Source of the DNA: a virus
Virus record (IMG/VR): IMGVR_UViG_3300011113_000287
Location: 1 to 64,000 of that record
Strand: one strand, 5' to 3'
Length of the DNA stretch: 64,000 nt
Shown here: positions 44,984-53,785 of the stretch, piece by piece
Layout of the letters: each line of letters opens with the position of its first letter
How positions within the stretch are numbered: position 1 is the stretch's first letter
The notes under the pieces: generated by a model
Seen by the model: the letters and a program-made list of their open reading frames with translations, nothing else
Databases searched by the model: none
Told to the model about the DNA's origin: nothing
Position numbers and translations under genes: made by a program

Positions 44984-45105
44984 TACTTCTTCTTTTTCTT
45001 TTTGACCACAATTTTGCGGTTCTTTTCTTTCACGGTCATACCAGCATCCTCGGTCTGCCCTTTTAGTTGGGCATACTTTTCAGCCGCTGTGAGTTTCTTT
45101 GCCAT
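44983..45105 (-). CDS. 40-aa Lys-rich peptide (not in the ORF track)
   Basis: MAKKLTAAEKY...VVKKKKKK; TAATG overlaps. Confidence 0.65.
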   Translation of the reverse strand: MAKKLTAAEKYAQLKGQTEDAGMTVKEKNRKIVVKKKKKK

Positions 45106-45266
45106 TACTTCTTCTTTTTGGCAACAGCCATGTTGTCCACGAGGTTGGGGTAGGGGCGACCTGCTTTTTTGGCACGAGCCTTTGCCTCAGCCTTTTCAGA
45201 CGGGTCAAGTTTTTCCGACTTCTTTTTTGGGTTCTTCTTGTCCCATACTTGTTTCTTTTTAGCCAT
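45105..45266 (-). CDS. 53-aa Lys-rich peptide (not in the ORF track)
   Basis: MAKKKQVWDKKNP...AGRPYPNLVDNM. Confidence 0.7.
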   Translation of the reverse strand: MAKKKQVWDKKNPKKKSEKLDPSEKAEAKARAKKAGRPYPNLVDNMAVAKKKK

Positions 45267-45277
45267 GTTCTAACCTT

Positions 45278-45523
45278 TCAGTCTTCAGGCCAATCTAGAC
45301 CCCAGTCATCAATTGGCTTTTGTGGATATCCGTATTTCTTTTTTACTTTACCGTAGCCTGCCAACTTATCAAGTCGGTCAAACAATGCGTCAAGGTCTTC
45401 TTGACTCTTTGGTTCTGGACCCGACTCTGCTGGAACGCCGTTTGGAAACGCATTGGAGTAACCGTCAGGTGGGCGAACTGGTTTCCTTTTGGGATTAAAC
45501 GATTCGTCGTTACCTTTTGCCAT
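45278..45523 (-). CDS. Tag-B protein (MAKGNDESFNPKRKP)
   Basis: GGAG RBS. Confidence 0.7.
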   Translation of the reverse strand: MAKGNDESFNPKRKPVRPPDGYSNAFPNGVPAESGPEPKSQEDLDALFDRLDKLAGYGKVKKKYGYPQKPIDDWGLDWPED

Positions 45524-45528
45524 GATTG

Positions 45529-45846
45529 TTAATACAAATCTCCAGCCTTATGCGCTTTGTAGGCGTTGTAGTCGTCTCCAAAAGCCTCTTTCTCGGCGTC
45601 GGATTCCGCTGTGCGGTAGTAGGAGTCTGCCATGTCGCTGTACTCAGCGCTGCCTTCCTGCTCCATTCGTAATGCCTCTGCTTCATCTTCAGGAGTTGGC
45701 ACATACGAATCAGCCTTTTTGTAATCAGTGTTTACTTCCCTGGCGTTGGGGAACACTTGTTTGACAATAGCCATCTTCTCTTCGTCCGTCTGGGGACGCT
45801 GAGGGCGCCTGCGTGGGTTATTGGATTCGTCGTTACCTCGTGCCAT
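45529..45846 (-). CDS. Tag-B protein (MARGNDESNNPRRRP)
   Basis: AAGGAG RBS. Confidence 0.7.
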   Translation of the reverse strand: MARGNDESNNPRRRPQRPQTDEEKMAIVKQVFPNAREVNTDYKKADSYVPTPEDEAEALRMEQEGSAEYSDMADSYYRTAESDAEKEAFGDDYNAYKAHKAGDLY

Positions 45847-45855
45847 AGTTACTCC

Positions 45856-46017
45856 TTAGTTGAATGGGGGCATGTTTTTGCGACGTCGGTTCTGCGAAGG
45901 GCCAGCCACTGCGCCCAATCCAGTAAACGTACGGATACGGTCAACGGCTTCCTTCATCAAACGACGATTGTCCGTCCTGTTACCTGCAACGGGTTCTCCA
46001 CGATGCGTGTACGGCAT
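45856..46017 (-). CDS. 53-aa basic peptide (MPYTHRGEP; not in the ORF track)
   Basis: Manual translation; TAATG overlap. Confidence 0.6.
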   Translation of the reverse strand: MPYTHRGEPVAGNRTDNRRLMKEAVDRIRTFTGLGAVAGPSQNRRRKNMPPFN

Positions 46018-46223
46018 TATCGCCTACCGTACTCAGCCGTAGGAAGGTCGGCAAGTTCCGAACGCTCCACGATGTTGTATTGCATCTGCAACTCATGACC
46101 ACGCATGGTAACGCTGGTCATTTCAACCTCTCCACCACGGTTAGGAACGATGGTCTTGAACTTACCATCGGTTGCCCCCATGATGAGGTCTCGGTTCATT
46201 GAACGTGATTCATTAACAGCCAT
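46017..46223 (-). CDS. Small protein (MAVNESRSMN)
   Basis: Coupled ORF. Confidence 0.65.
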   Translation of the reverse strand: MAVNESRSMNRDLIMGATDGKFKTIVPNRGGEVEMTSVTMRGHELQMQYNIVERSELADLPTAEYGRR

Positions 46224-47311
46224 TATTCTTCCTCTTCCTTGGTTACTTTGCCTGCGGTCTTTTTCTTGGTTACCTTGCCTTTAGCAACAGCGGAGGGCGG
46301 AGTCTTTTTGGTTGCTGATTCAAGGTCGCTCTTAGCCTTGTCCTTGACGGCGCTGCGTTCCTCGGTCTCTTTGACCTTTGCCTCGGTAGCCGCCTTGGTT
46401 TTCTTGGCTGGCTTCTTTTCTGCTGGCTTGCTAGGAGTAGGCGACTTGCCAGCAGGCTTTTCAGCGGGCGATTTACCAGCGGGTTTCTCAGCAGGTTTTG
46501 CAACAGGCTTTGCGGGTTCTGTTGCGGGTTTCTTGGGGTCTGGCTTCTTGCTTGCAGGACCTTCTTTTGCAGGAGGCATTTTGCGAGCATCGGTAGTTGT
46601 CTTAACCGTAGTTGTCTTTCGGTTGTCGCTCATGTCGTCACGACCAGTGAATTTGTTACGACCAACTTGGGCGGTTGGATTACCAAACTTTACTCCGCTG
46701 AAATCAGCCATTGAGTCTCCAACGTCTCCTCCACGAGCAGCGTTACCGCCTGCCCCTCCACGACCTGCGCCACTTGTGCCACCCTTCCCTGCGCCGCCAT
46801 CGCCGCCACGAGAAGAACCAGCCTTACCGCCAGCAAAGGTCGGAGCGTACTTTTGAGATTGGTCAATCTTGCTGCCGACCATGCTATCTTTTGTTGTAGC
46901 ACCCATGCCAAGTGAGCCGACTGAACCCTTGATATCACCAGTCTGCGTCTTACCAATGCTCAAATCAAACTTAATGTCACCACCAGCAGTCATTCCACTG
47001 CCGCCACCTTTGGTTGCACCTGCGCCCATACCGCCAAATGCGGTTCGGCGTCCTTCTCGTGCGGGAGCCTCTGGCGCTCCACGACCATAATCGGGTCTTC
47101 CAATATCTGCTTTACCCATGGGCATTGCACCTTTCGCTTGGGGTGTTGGTTTTAGTTCTCCGTAAGTTGGTCCTTGCATGTTTGCTTGTGAACGATGACC
47201 TTGACCAGACAAACTTCCAGCGCCCATTTGGTTAGTTCCACGTTGCTGTGCTCGGAGGTTTACTCCAGCAAATCCAGCCTCTTGGTACTGTTGAAATGGA
47301 TTAATTGGCAT
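46223..47311 (-). CDS. Low-complexity Gly-rich then Lys/Pro/Ala-rich (histone-tail-like) protein
   Basis: PAEKPAGKS repeats, highly basic C-terminus. Confidence 0.7.
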   Translation of the reverse strand: MPINPFQQYQEAGFAGVNLRAQQRGTNQMGAGSLSGQGHRSQANMQGPTYGELKPTPQAKGAMPMGKADIGRPDYGRGAPEAPAREGRRTAFGGMGAGATKGGGSGMTAGGDIKFDLSIGKTQTGDIKGSVGSLGMGATTKDSMVGSKIDQSQKYAPTFAGGKAGSSRGGDGGAGKGGTSGAGRGGAGGNAARGGDVGDSMADFSGVKFGNPTAQVGRNKFTGRDDMSDNRKTTTVKTTTDARKMPPAKEGPASKKPDPKKPATEPAKPVAKPAEKPAGKSPAEKPAGKSPTPSKPAEKKPAKKTKAATEAKVKETEERSAVKDKAKSDLESATKKTPPSAVAKGKVTKKKTAGKVTKEEEE

Positions 47312-47608
47312 TTATACCCACAAACTTTGCATTGAATATCTACTAGAACCCTGGAACGTGTCGTCTACCAAACCGTTACGGAACATGACGGGCGCCCCTG
47401 AGACCCAGGAACGATACGTCGGTGTGTAACGTTGTAATGATAACACATCCATTATACCCGATTCACGCTTGGCAAATCCATAACGCTCTGGCATAAGTTG
47501 CTGCGGAACAACGGGGCGAATTTGACGGATGGTGTCGGGGTCGGAGATAGCCGATTCCAACGCAAGGTCAACCAACATCTCTTGACGGGAAGCCCAAGGT
47601 TTAGCCAT
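47312..47608 (-). CDS. Hypothetical protein
   Basis: 98 aa. Confidence 0.65.
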   Translation of the reverse strand: MAKPWASRQEMLVDLALESAISDPDTIRQIRPVVPQQLMPERYGFAKRESGIMDVLSLQRYTPTYRSWVSGAPVMFRNGLVDDTFQGSSRYSMQSLWV

Positions 47609-47610
47609 TG

Positions 47611-49470
47611 TTAGTCCTCAACGTTCGGTCTTGCTTGGGGAGAATAACCCATTGTTATTGGATATTGCATGATTTGCCTGTTTCGTTCACCATACGTTTC
47701 TCTCCTATAATCCCCACTATTTGACCACGTTAAGTTTCCATCTGGCATTGGACCCTCAAATGGAAGCCTCAACTGACCAGCATCTTCTAGCCGCAATTGT
47801 TGCCTTCGTGTGAATGGCTTACGACTGTTACGAGGACGCCTTGCTGAAGCGGCTGCGTTTGCACGTTGTTTCTGCCTGACCGTTTCGTAATGGGCGTCGG
47901 CAATGGAAGCGCCCATTTGCTGAGCAGTCTCCCTGGACCTGACGAACTCATGAGCACCGTGTTCTGGGAAATAATGTTTGAACCCAACGGGGCTTCCCGC
48001 CGTCTGTTTGTGGCGGTCCTGTTGGTATGCAGCCCTCAACATGTTGTCTGCAATTTGTTGGGGAGAGTGATATCCAGAATCAGAAAGGGCACGGGTAACC
48101 GCTGCCCGATGCCTGTTCGTTGTCTTGCTGTGCCTTTGGGTGGGGACGACAATAGTGTCGTCGTGCTGCCTCCACGCAATCGGAGTATTGTAAGAATATA
48201 CAACGTTTCTGTCGCTGCTGTCTGGCTGGTGCTCAGGAGCAAGTCTGCTCGTGTCTAGCCAACCAACACTGCCCATTGCACTGTGGTCTCCAAAATGGCT
48301 CATACTATCCCTAGGAGTAGCCGCTCCTCTAATCACGTCATCCCTGTTTACAAATGACTGAGCAACTCCTTCAATGTTGCGACGTCGTGGACCATCGGTT
48401 CTACGTGTGCGACGACCTTGCTGTCGTGAACCGCTGGGAGGTATGACGTTAGAAGATTCGTCTCGTCTTGTAACTGAGTTAATCCATGTACGGTCTAAGT
48501 TTTTTAAGTGTCTTCGTGTGTTTTCTTCTACCCGTGTTTTTGCTAAACTGTGATGGGCTGGACTGTTAACACTCTGCGGGTTAATGGGAACTACGGTATT
48601 TACAACGTCTTCTTTCAATTTAGCAAAACGTTCTTTCCACTCGGTGTCATCTACTCCCGTTTCACTAACTTCTTTACGGTGCTTTTCTGCCCAATCTTTG
48701 ACATTTCGTAGGTCAATTTCGTGCGGGGCGTTTTGACTTTCTTCAACAACTGGGAGTACGTTTCCCTGGAACAGTTGAATCCTGTCATCACGACCTTCAC
48801 GTACGTCACGTGTGGTGGGAACTGTGTAATAAGCCGCACTTCTACGTGGCTGAAGTTCCCCACGCATCCATAATTCTTGGTCACTTAGCGGTACGTCTTC
48901 TACACGACCTCGGTCAAGGGAGGTTTCAACTTCGTCTGACGTCCGTCCTGCCTGACTGTATTCAAACGGGGCATACCCAGACTGTTCTTCAACTTCATCT
49001 GGTGTCAGTGATTCTGCCCATTTTCCAGTTCCAACAATGTCGGTGTTTGCTGCTCTGGTAGCAGCATCAAGATAGGCTTCTTCTTCTGCTTTTGTCCACG
49101 GAGCAACCTCTCCACCAAGAGTGGGGTCTGTGCTTGTGAAATCCGTTGTACTGTGTACGTCTTTGTGCAGCCTTCGTCGCATTGGTTGGTGCGTTTCACT
49201 GTAACTATTCTCAGCACGCACGGCGAAGTCACGTGGATAATACTTGGGGTCTGGCATATACATGCCCGCAGGACTCTGCTCGTCCTCGGTTACCCCAGGA
49301 AAAGACTTTTCAATCTCCGCATTTACACGGCGACGATTTTCTTCTTGTTCAAGTTCTCCGTAATTAATTAATGCACTGTTGATTGACTGCTCAGCACGAC
49401 GTGTTTCCCTAAGCAAACGAGCACGGCGTTGCGCCCGTGACTCTGCTGGAGGTACTACTGGGTCTGTCAT
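47611..49470 (-). CDS. Large hydrophilic protein with YSYxTPIAW domain
   Basis: VVYSYNTPIAW...HSKTTNRH; GQLRLPF near the C-terminus. Confidence 0.7.
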   Translation of the reverse strand: MTDPVVPPAESRAQRRARLLRETRRAEQSINSALINYGELEQEENRRRVNAEIEKSFPGVTEDEQSPAGMYMPDPKYYPRDFAVRAENSYSETHQPMRRRLHKDVHSTTDFTSTDPTLGGEVAPWTKAEEEAYLDAATRAANTDIVGTGKWAESLTPDEVEEQSGYAPFEYSQAGRTSDEVETSLDRGRVEDVPLSDQELWMRGELQPRRSAAYYTVPTTRDVREGRDDRIQLFQGNVLPVVEESQNAPHEIDLRNVKDWAEKHRKEVSETGVDDTEWKERFAKLKEDVVNTVVPINPQSVNSPAHHSLAKTRVEENTRRHLKNLDRTWINSVTRRDESSNVIPPSGSRQQGRRTRRTDGPRRRNIEGVAQSFVNRDDVIRGAATPRDSMSHFGDHSAMGSVGWLDTSRLAPEHQPDSSDRNVVYSYNTPIAWRQHDDTIVVPTQRHSKTTNRHRAAVTRALSDSGYHSPQQIADNMLRAAYQQDRHKQTAGSPVGFKHYFPEHGAHEFVRSRETAQQMGASIADAHYETVRQKQRANAAASARRPRNSRKPFTRRQQLRLEDAGQLRLPFEGPMPDGNLTWSNSGDYRRETYGERNRQIMQYPITMGYSPQARPNVED

Positions 49471-49874
49471 TTGTCATCAATGTCTTTGTCTATGATTTTT
49501 CCAAGGGTTTTGTCCCACATCTTCTCCATCATGGTTTTATTGGCGGGGTTGCGGTCAATGAAGTCACGTTCTTCTGAATAGTTTTTGGCGGCTTTGGGAC
49601 GAGGGATTCCCTTATAAGGAGTCGGGTCTGTGTCTTCAGAAACTCTGTTCTCCCGTTTCGTTGCTTTCTTTTCCTCTTCCACGTAATCGTAGATTTCACG
49701 AGACCTGTTAGTTGGATGCTTTATGCGTGCGTTTCCCTTTGCAACGGCATCCGACCTTTCTTGAAGGTTGACTTCACGGACGTCCTTTACTTGACCAGTT
49801 TCCCTAAAATGATTGAGGTCAATGATTTTTGGGCGACGGCGAGGGTCGTTCTCGGAATTCCTACCTCTAGGCAT
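49467..49874 (-). CDS. Tag-B protein (MPRGRNSENDPRRRP)
   Basis: GGTGG RBS. Confidence 0.7.
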   Translation of the reverse strand: MPRGRNSENDPRRRPKIIDLNHFRETGQVKDVREVNLQERSDAVAKGNARIKHPTNRSREIYDYVEEEKKATKRENRVSEDTDPTPYKGIPRPKAAKNYSEERDFIDRNPANKTMMEKMWDKTLGKIIDKDIDDK

Positions 49875-50061
49875 TTGCACCACCTTCGTATTCGCTGTCG
49901 TACCAATCTAAAAAACGACCATAGCGACCAGCAGAACGGTGTAGCCCAGTTTCACGAATGGCTTGTGCCACATCGTGCACGTTCTCTTCCGTCACGTTTC
50001 CCTCATCAAAGTCAATGATGTGGTCCATATAAGACTTTGGGCGACGTGTTTTTTTAGGCAT
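49867..50061 (-). CDS. Small protein (G.YGR motif)
   Basis: 64 aa. Confidence 0.6.
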   Translation of the reverse strand: MPKKTRRPKSYMDHIIDFDEGNVTEENVHDVAQAIRETGLHRSAGRYGRFLDWYDSEYEGGANA

Positions 50062-50078
50062 GCTCTATTCTCCCCCAA

Positions 50079-50567
50079 TTAGCGCCAAGCAGGAGCAAGT
50101 ACTTTCATACGTGCCCGACGTTCTGGGTTAACTTCTTGTTGTTGGTTCTCGTTGTTGCGACCAAGACCACGTGGAACGTAGTTGCCATCACGCATCAAAC
50201 GGACTGGCTCAGCCCCAGGAGGGGCATACTTCATTCCCTGCGCTTGGATATTGAGAGCAGTCCATTTGTTGAATTCGTCAGGCCACATGTAGTCACCAGC
50301 ATTGATTCGCTCACCTTTGTGAACGCCACGTGAGTATTGGCGTGCGTTCATTCGGCTCAGTGTTCCAAGAACCTTGTCCTGTCGTCGGTTGGACGACATC
50401 GTGCCAAGGTACCCATCTGGATACTGTGCGTCTGGACTTGCTCGGTAACCAGACAAAGCCTGGTCTTTGGCGTTGCGAAAAACTGGAGATGGTCCGAACG
50501 TTACTGCCGTGCCAGCACCAGGCGGCTCTGATGGACTGTTCCACGAAGTAAATGATTGTTTAGCCAT
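50079..50567 (-). CDS. Hypothetical protein (YPDGYLGT...YSRGVHKGERI)
   Basis: 162 aa. Confidence 0.7.
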   Translation of the reverse strand: MAKQSFTSWNSPSEPPGAGTAVTFGPSPVFRNAKDQALSGYRASPDAQYPDGYLGTMSSNRRQDKVLGTLSRMNARQYSRGVHKGERINAGDYMWPDEFNKWTALNIQAQGMKYAPPGAEPVRLMRDGNYVPRGLGRNNENQQQEVNPERRARMKVLAPAWR

Positions 50568-50568
50568 G

Positions 50569-50718
50569 TCAGCGTCCTTGTGTAAGCCCTTGACTCATCA
50601 TCATTCCGCCCGCACCACCGCCAAACGGAGAAACAGGGCGAACTTGCCCACGCTTCCTGTAATAGCGAGACTTGTTACGGGACGATGGTTTGCGTCGTCC
50701 TTCGGACATTGACGCCAT
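50569..50718 (-). CDS. Arg-rich small peptide
   Basis: MASMSEGRRKP... Confidence 0.5.
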   Translation of the reverse strand: MASMSEGRRKPSSRNKSRYYRKRGQVRPVSPFGGGAGGMMMSQGLTQGR

Positions 50719-50720
50719 CG

Positions 50721-51332
50721 TCAGTTTACCTTGTTTTCCTTGTATGTACTCGTTCCACGAACTACGTCGCTGACATCGGTCCACTCGTCAGGTTTGTTTT
50801 GTGGGTCGTTAGGCGCCCCTCTCTTATGAGCAACACCGCTGAGTGAACTGTCTTTATCAACACTCAATGATTTTCCAGAGGCAGTAGTTCCAAATTCATT
50901 TGTCTGCGTTCCACCACCAATGCTGTCTCTGCTTTCAATAATGCTTCCAGTTCCTTTATGTTGGTACATTCGTGTAGCGTTTCGTTTGATACCAACACCA
51001 GCGTTGTCAAGGTGTGCCATACGTGCAGCAGTTCCCCTACTTCCAGCATTACTCTGTGTTGCTTTTGGCATGTAGTCTATTGCTGGGTCTTCTTGCATGC
51101 GTGTTTCATGACCATCGCCCCAACCAGATTTGGTCGTATACGTTACTATTTCAGGACGGCCTGGATTACTTCCCCACGATTCACTAACACGGGGTCCTAC
51201 AAAACCATCGGCATGAGCAATGGTGTGCTGGTCGGTCTCTTCTTGGGTTGGTATACGTCCTGCACGTTCTGCATTGGTTTTTGCTTTAGCAGGAGACCCG
51301 TATGCGTTGCCTGCTCGGTCATGTGTTGCCAT
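50721..51332 (-). CDS. Hypothetical protein (MATHDRAGN)
   Basis: GGAG RBS. Confidence 0.65.
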   Translation of the reverse strand: MATHDRAGNAYGSPAKAKTNAERAGRIPTQEETDQHTIAHADGFVGPRVSESWGSNPGRPEIVTYTTKSGWGDGHETRMQEDPAIDYMPKATQSNAGSRGTAARMAHLDNAGVGIKRNATRMYQHKGTGSIIESRDSIGGGTQTNEFGTTASGKSLSVDKDSSLSGVAHKRGAPNDPQNKPDEWTDVSDVVRGTSTYKENKVN

Positions 51333-51334
51333 AA

Positions 51335-51658
51335 TTACTCCATCATTCCACGTCGCTCTTGACGTGCTGCGTCTTCGTACCCGCCTTCTGCGTACGGTGC
51401 TCCAAGTTCCATTCGTCGGTCTTCATCCATTTCATGTTCATAGTCGCCACCCATAATTCTTTCAGCACTTTCATAACGTTCCGTTTTGTAGAGTTGGTCC
51501 ATAGCGGTTAAAATGGCATTATGACTCAGATTGGGATACGCCGCCTTGAGTCTTCCGTATTTTTCTTTGTCTTCAAGCGAAAGCCCTTTAAGACGGTCTA
51601 CGTTCCGTTTTGCTGGAGTATTGTTATTTAGTGGTCGCCCACGATGGTCAGTTCCCAT
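51335..51658 (-). CDS. Hypothetical protein (MGTDHRGRP)
   Basis: GAGG RBS. Confidence 0.65.
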   Translation of the reverse strand: MGTDHRGRPLNNNTPAKRNVDRLKGLSLEDKEKYGRLKAAYPNLSHNAILTAMDQLYKTERYESAERIMGGDYEHEMDEDRRMELGAPYAEGGYEDAARQERRGMME

Positions 51659-51660
51659 GA

Positions 51661-51951
51661 TTACCTCACAACGGGTTTAATGGAGATAGCAGAAATACTT
51701 TCTCCGTTCTCTCCAATAATATCATCAAAACCAATAATGTAAAGAAGGTCAATACCACGTGGGGCAACAAAACCACGTGCAATAGCACATGCCTTGACTG
51801 CTTGGTTCACGGCGCTTGCGCCGATTGCTCTGACCTTTGGATACTGCCCTGCAACTACAGAACGGGCGAGGATGGAGCCAACCGCTTGCGGATTGCTGCT
51901 TCCAGAAACTTTGAGGAACTCATCTACGTTGGCATTTAATTCTTGAGACAT
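51661..51951 (-). CDS. spoVS: SpoVS (Alba-like) protein
   Basis: LKVSGSSNP.AV...AIGASAVNQAVKACAIARGFVAP.GIDL. Confidence 0.92.
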   Translation of the reverse strand: MSQELNANVDEFLKVSGSSNPQAVGSILARSVVAGQYPKVRAIGASAVNQAVKACAIARGFVAPRGIDLLYIIGFDDIIGENGESISAISIKPVVR

Positions 51952-51987
51952 AATACTCCTGATAGGTCAAATTGTGACTTATACAGG

Positions 51988-52353
51988 TTACTTGTATTGT
52001 GCGTCATCCAGCAGTTCTACAAAATCATCTAACCTCATCACAACATACGACTCACCGACTGCTTTTGCGCCCTTGCCTGGGCGTTTTACAATGAGCACAG
52101 GAAGTGCGTTCTTCAGCCGTTTGGCTTGTTCAATTGTAGCGTCTAGCCATCCGCTCAAATCCCACTTCTTTTGGTTCTTACATTGTAAACACGCATTACG
52201 AAGCGTTGTGCGCTGTTGTATGCCGTGGATATCACCCGTATCGTTTTCCCCTGCGAGAACGGCTCTCCGTGCGTCTGGGAAGCCTTTGGAGATGAGGTAA
52301 TCCTTTATCAGTGTTTCAAATGCTGTGCCCTTGGCTTTGTGCTTGTTACCCAT
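51988..52353 (-). CDS. Holliday junction resolvase (PD-(D/E)XK)
   Basis: KAKGTAFE...DTGDI...QCKN. Confidence 0.82.
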   Translation of the reverse strand: MGNKHKAKGTAFETLIKDYLISKGFPDARRAVLAGENDTGDIHGIQQRTTLRNACLQCKNQKKWDLSGWLDATIEQAKRLKNALPVLIVKRPGKGAKAVGESYVVMRLDDFVELLDDAQYK

Positions 52354-52510
52354 CAATCTTTTCCCACTCGGCTTGGCTAAAGCCTCTAATGCGTCCATCT
52401 GTTTCAATGTACACCCATGTAGGCGCATCTGGGTCGCAACCACATCCTGATATCTGACGTGGGTTGTGCTCCACCACCGTGTCGCACTTTAAGCATTTTA
52501 CTTTAATCAT
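52346..52510 (-). CDS. Small Zn-finger protein (not in the ORF track)
   Basis: MIKVKCLKC...GCGC; ATGA overlap. Confidence 0.55.
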   Translation of the reverse strand: MIKVKCLKCDTVVEHNPRQISGCGCDPDAPTWVYIETDGRIRGFSQAEWEKIDG

Positions 52511-53001
52511 GGTTGGTATCGGTGCAGTCGTCGGTCTTGGGGGGCTGTACTAATGCGACGACTCAATTCCCGTGAAAGGATTTGAGTACCACGTTCACAT
52601 CGTTCAAACACAGATTCTACCAGTTTGCGGTACGCCCGTGCTCCCAAATGCTTGTCCTGCGTCTCCAAGACTTGTGGGTCAGTGTCACGTCGTGCCTTTG
52701 CCAAGGTCACTGTGTCTCCTTTTTCCCCACTCCATTGTCCGATAAGCGTTTGTGCTTCCATTAGACGCAGGTTGTTTGCACAACGTTCTTCGTCAATTTC
52801 TGCTACAACGAGTTCGGTCTTTGCGTATGACAGCCATGCCATGAATTCAGAATACGTGTTCATTAGGTCTGCATCCGACAACTCATCAAGGTTCTTGGGT
52901 ATGTCGGGCACGGCTCCGTGTGGCCTATCAGGAAGATTGAACTTCTCCAGGAAGTTCTGCATCGCTTGATTTGTTTCCTGTGTTGTCTCCGTGAACATCA
53001 T
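52507..53001 (-). CDS. Helical protein, possible recombination mediator
   Basis: Coiled-coil, LSRELSRR; in the RecA operon. Confidence 0.55.
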   Translation of the reverse strand: MMFTETTQETNQAMQNFLEKFNLPDRPHGAVPDIPKNLDELSDADLMNTYSEFMAWLSYAKTELVVAEIDEERCANNLRLMEAQTLIGQWSGEKGDTVTLAKARRDTDPQVLETQDKHLGARAYRKLVESVFERCERGTQILSRELSRRISTAPQDRRLHRYQP

Positions 53002-53785
53002 TCCTCCAGCATACGTCCTTGTATGGACACTGTTTACATGTTTTGTGGTCTTTTTCTGCCCAGTGAGGTCGGTCAATCAACGTGCCGTTTTGTAGGTGTT
53101 GTTTAACCAACGCTGCTGCCGCAAGGATATGTTGGATAAGGGCAGGTTGATACTTGACCTCAAACTCCTTGCAGTCCTGTGTCGCCTTCCATTCATACAA
53201 GATAATTCCCTGATGAATCCCTGTTACGTACATGTACAGGTTTAGTTGGCGAAGATGTGTGATAAACGGTTGTCGTATTCGTTTGAACAGTTCGTTGTCC
53301 GTTATCTTTTTTGATTCATACTCTTTGTACAACTCAACGTTTTCATAACGAACCGTACCCGTTCCCACGCTCTTGATTTCAAGAATGGCTTTGCCGTTTA
53401 CGTCCTCAATGAGTCCGTCAGCGGTTCCCATGATGTGGTGCTCTTCGTCAAAGATTGGAAGTTCAGTTTGCTTCATTACTCCAGCACGTTCAAGCCACCC
53501 TTGCCATTTACTGTGAATCAAGTGACCCGTGGCAAAGATGTTCAACGTGGTAAAGACATGTTGTCTTTCTTTGGCTTCATCATTGCCAAGTATCTTGTAC
53601 ATGGAAGACCGTGGACACCAATCTCGTTTACATATTTCGCTGGGATGCAAATACTTGGTGTCACGTTTTTCCGTTTGTTGATTGTTCTCCACCGCTGCTT
53701 GGGCAGATACCACAGGTATGAGACGACCCTTCACCCTCATACCAGTCTTGATGCTGTCAAGGTCGGCTTTGCTCAACTCAGCCAT
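52928..53785 (-). CDS. Cas4-like PD-(D/E)XK exonuclease
   Basis: HPSEI...CPR, G..IH, GTADG, LEIKS, QL..YM, C-terminal CKQCPYKDVC. Confidence 0.88.
   Translation of the reverse strand: MAELSKADLDSIKTGMRVKGRLIPVVSAQAAVENNQQTEKRDTKYLHPSEICKRDWCPRSSMYKILGNDEAKERQHVFTTLNIFATGHLIHSKWQGWLERAGVMKQTELPIFDEEHHIMGTADGLIEDVNGKAILEIKSVGTGTVRYENVELYKEYESKKITDNELFKRIRQPFITHLRQLNLYMYVTGIHQGIILYEWKATQDCKEFEVKYQPALIQHILAAAALVKQHLQNGTLIDRPHWAEKDHKTCKQCPYKDVCWRNDVHGDNTGNKSSDAELPGEVQSS

Noticed and set aside
52928-53785. Cas4-like gene as a CRISPR-Cas component
   Set aside because: It sits in the RecA/resolvase operon with no cas1, cas2 or array; a stand-alone phage exonuclease is the simpler reading.
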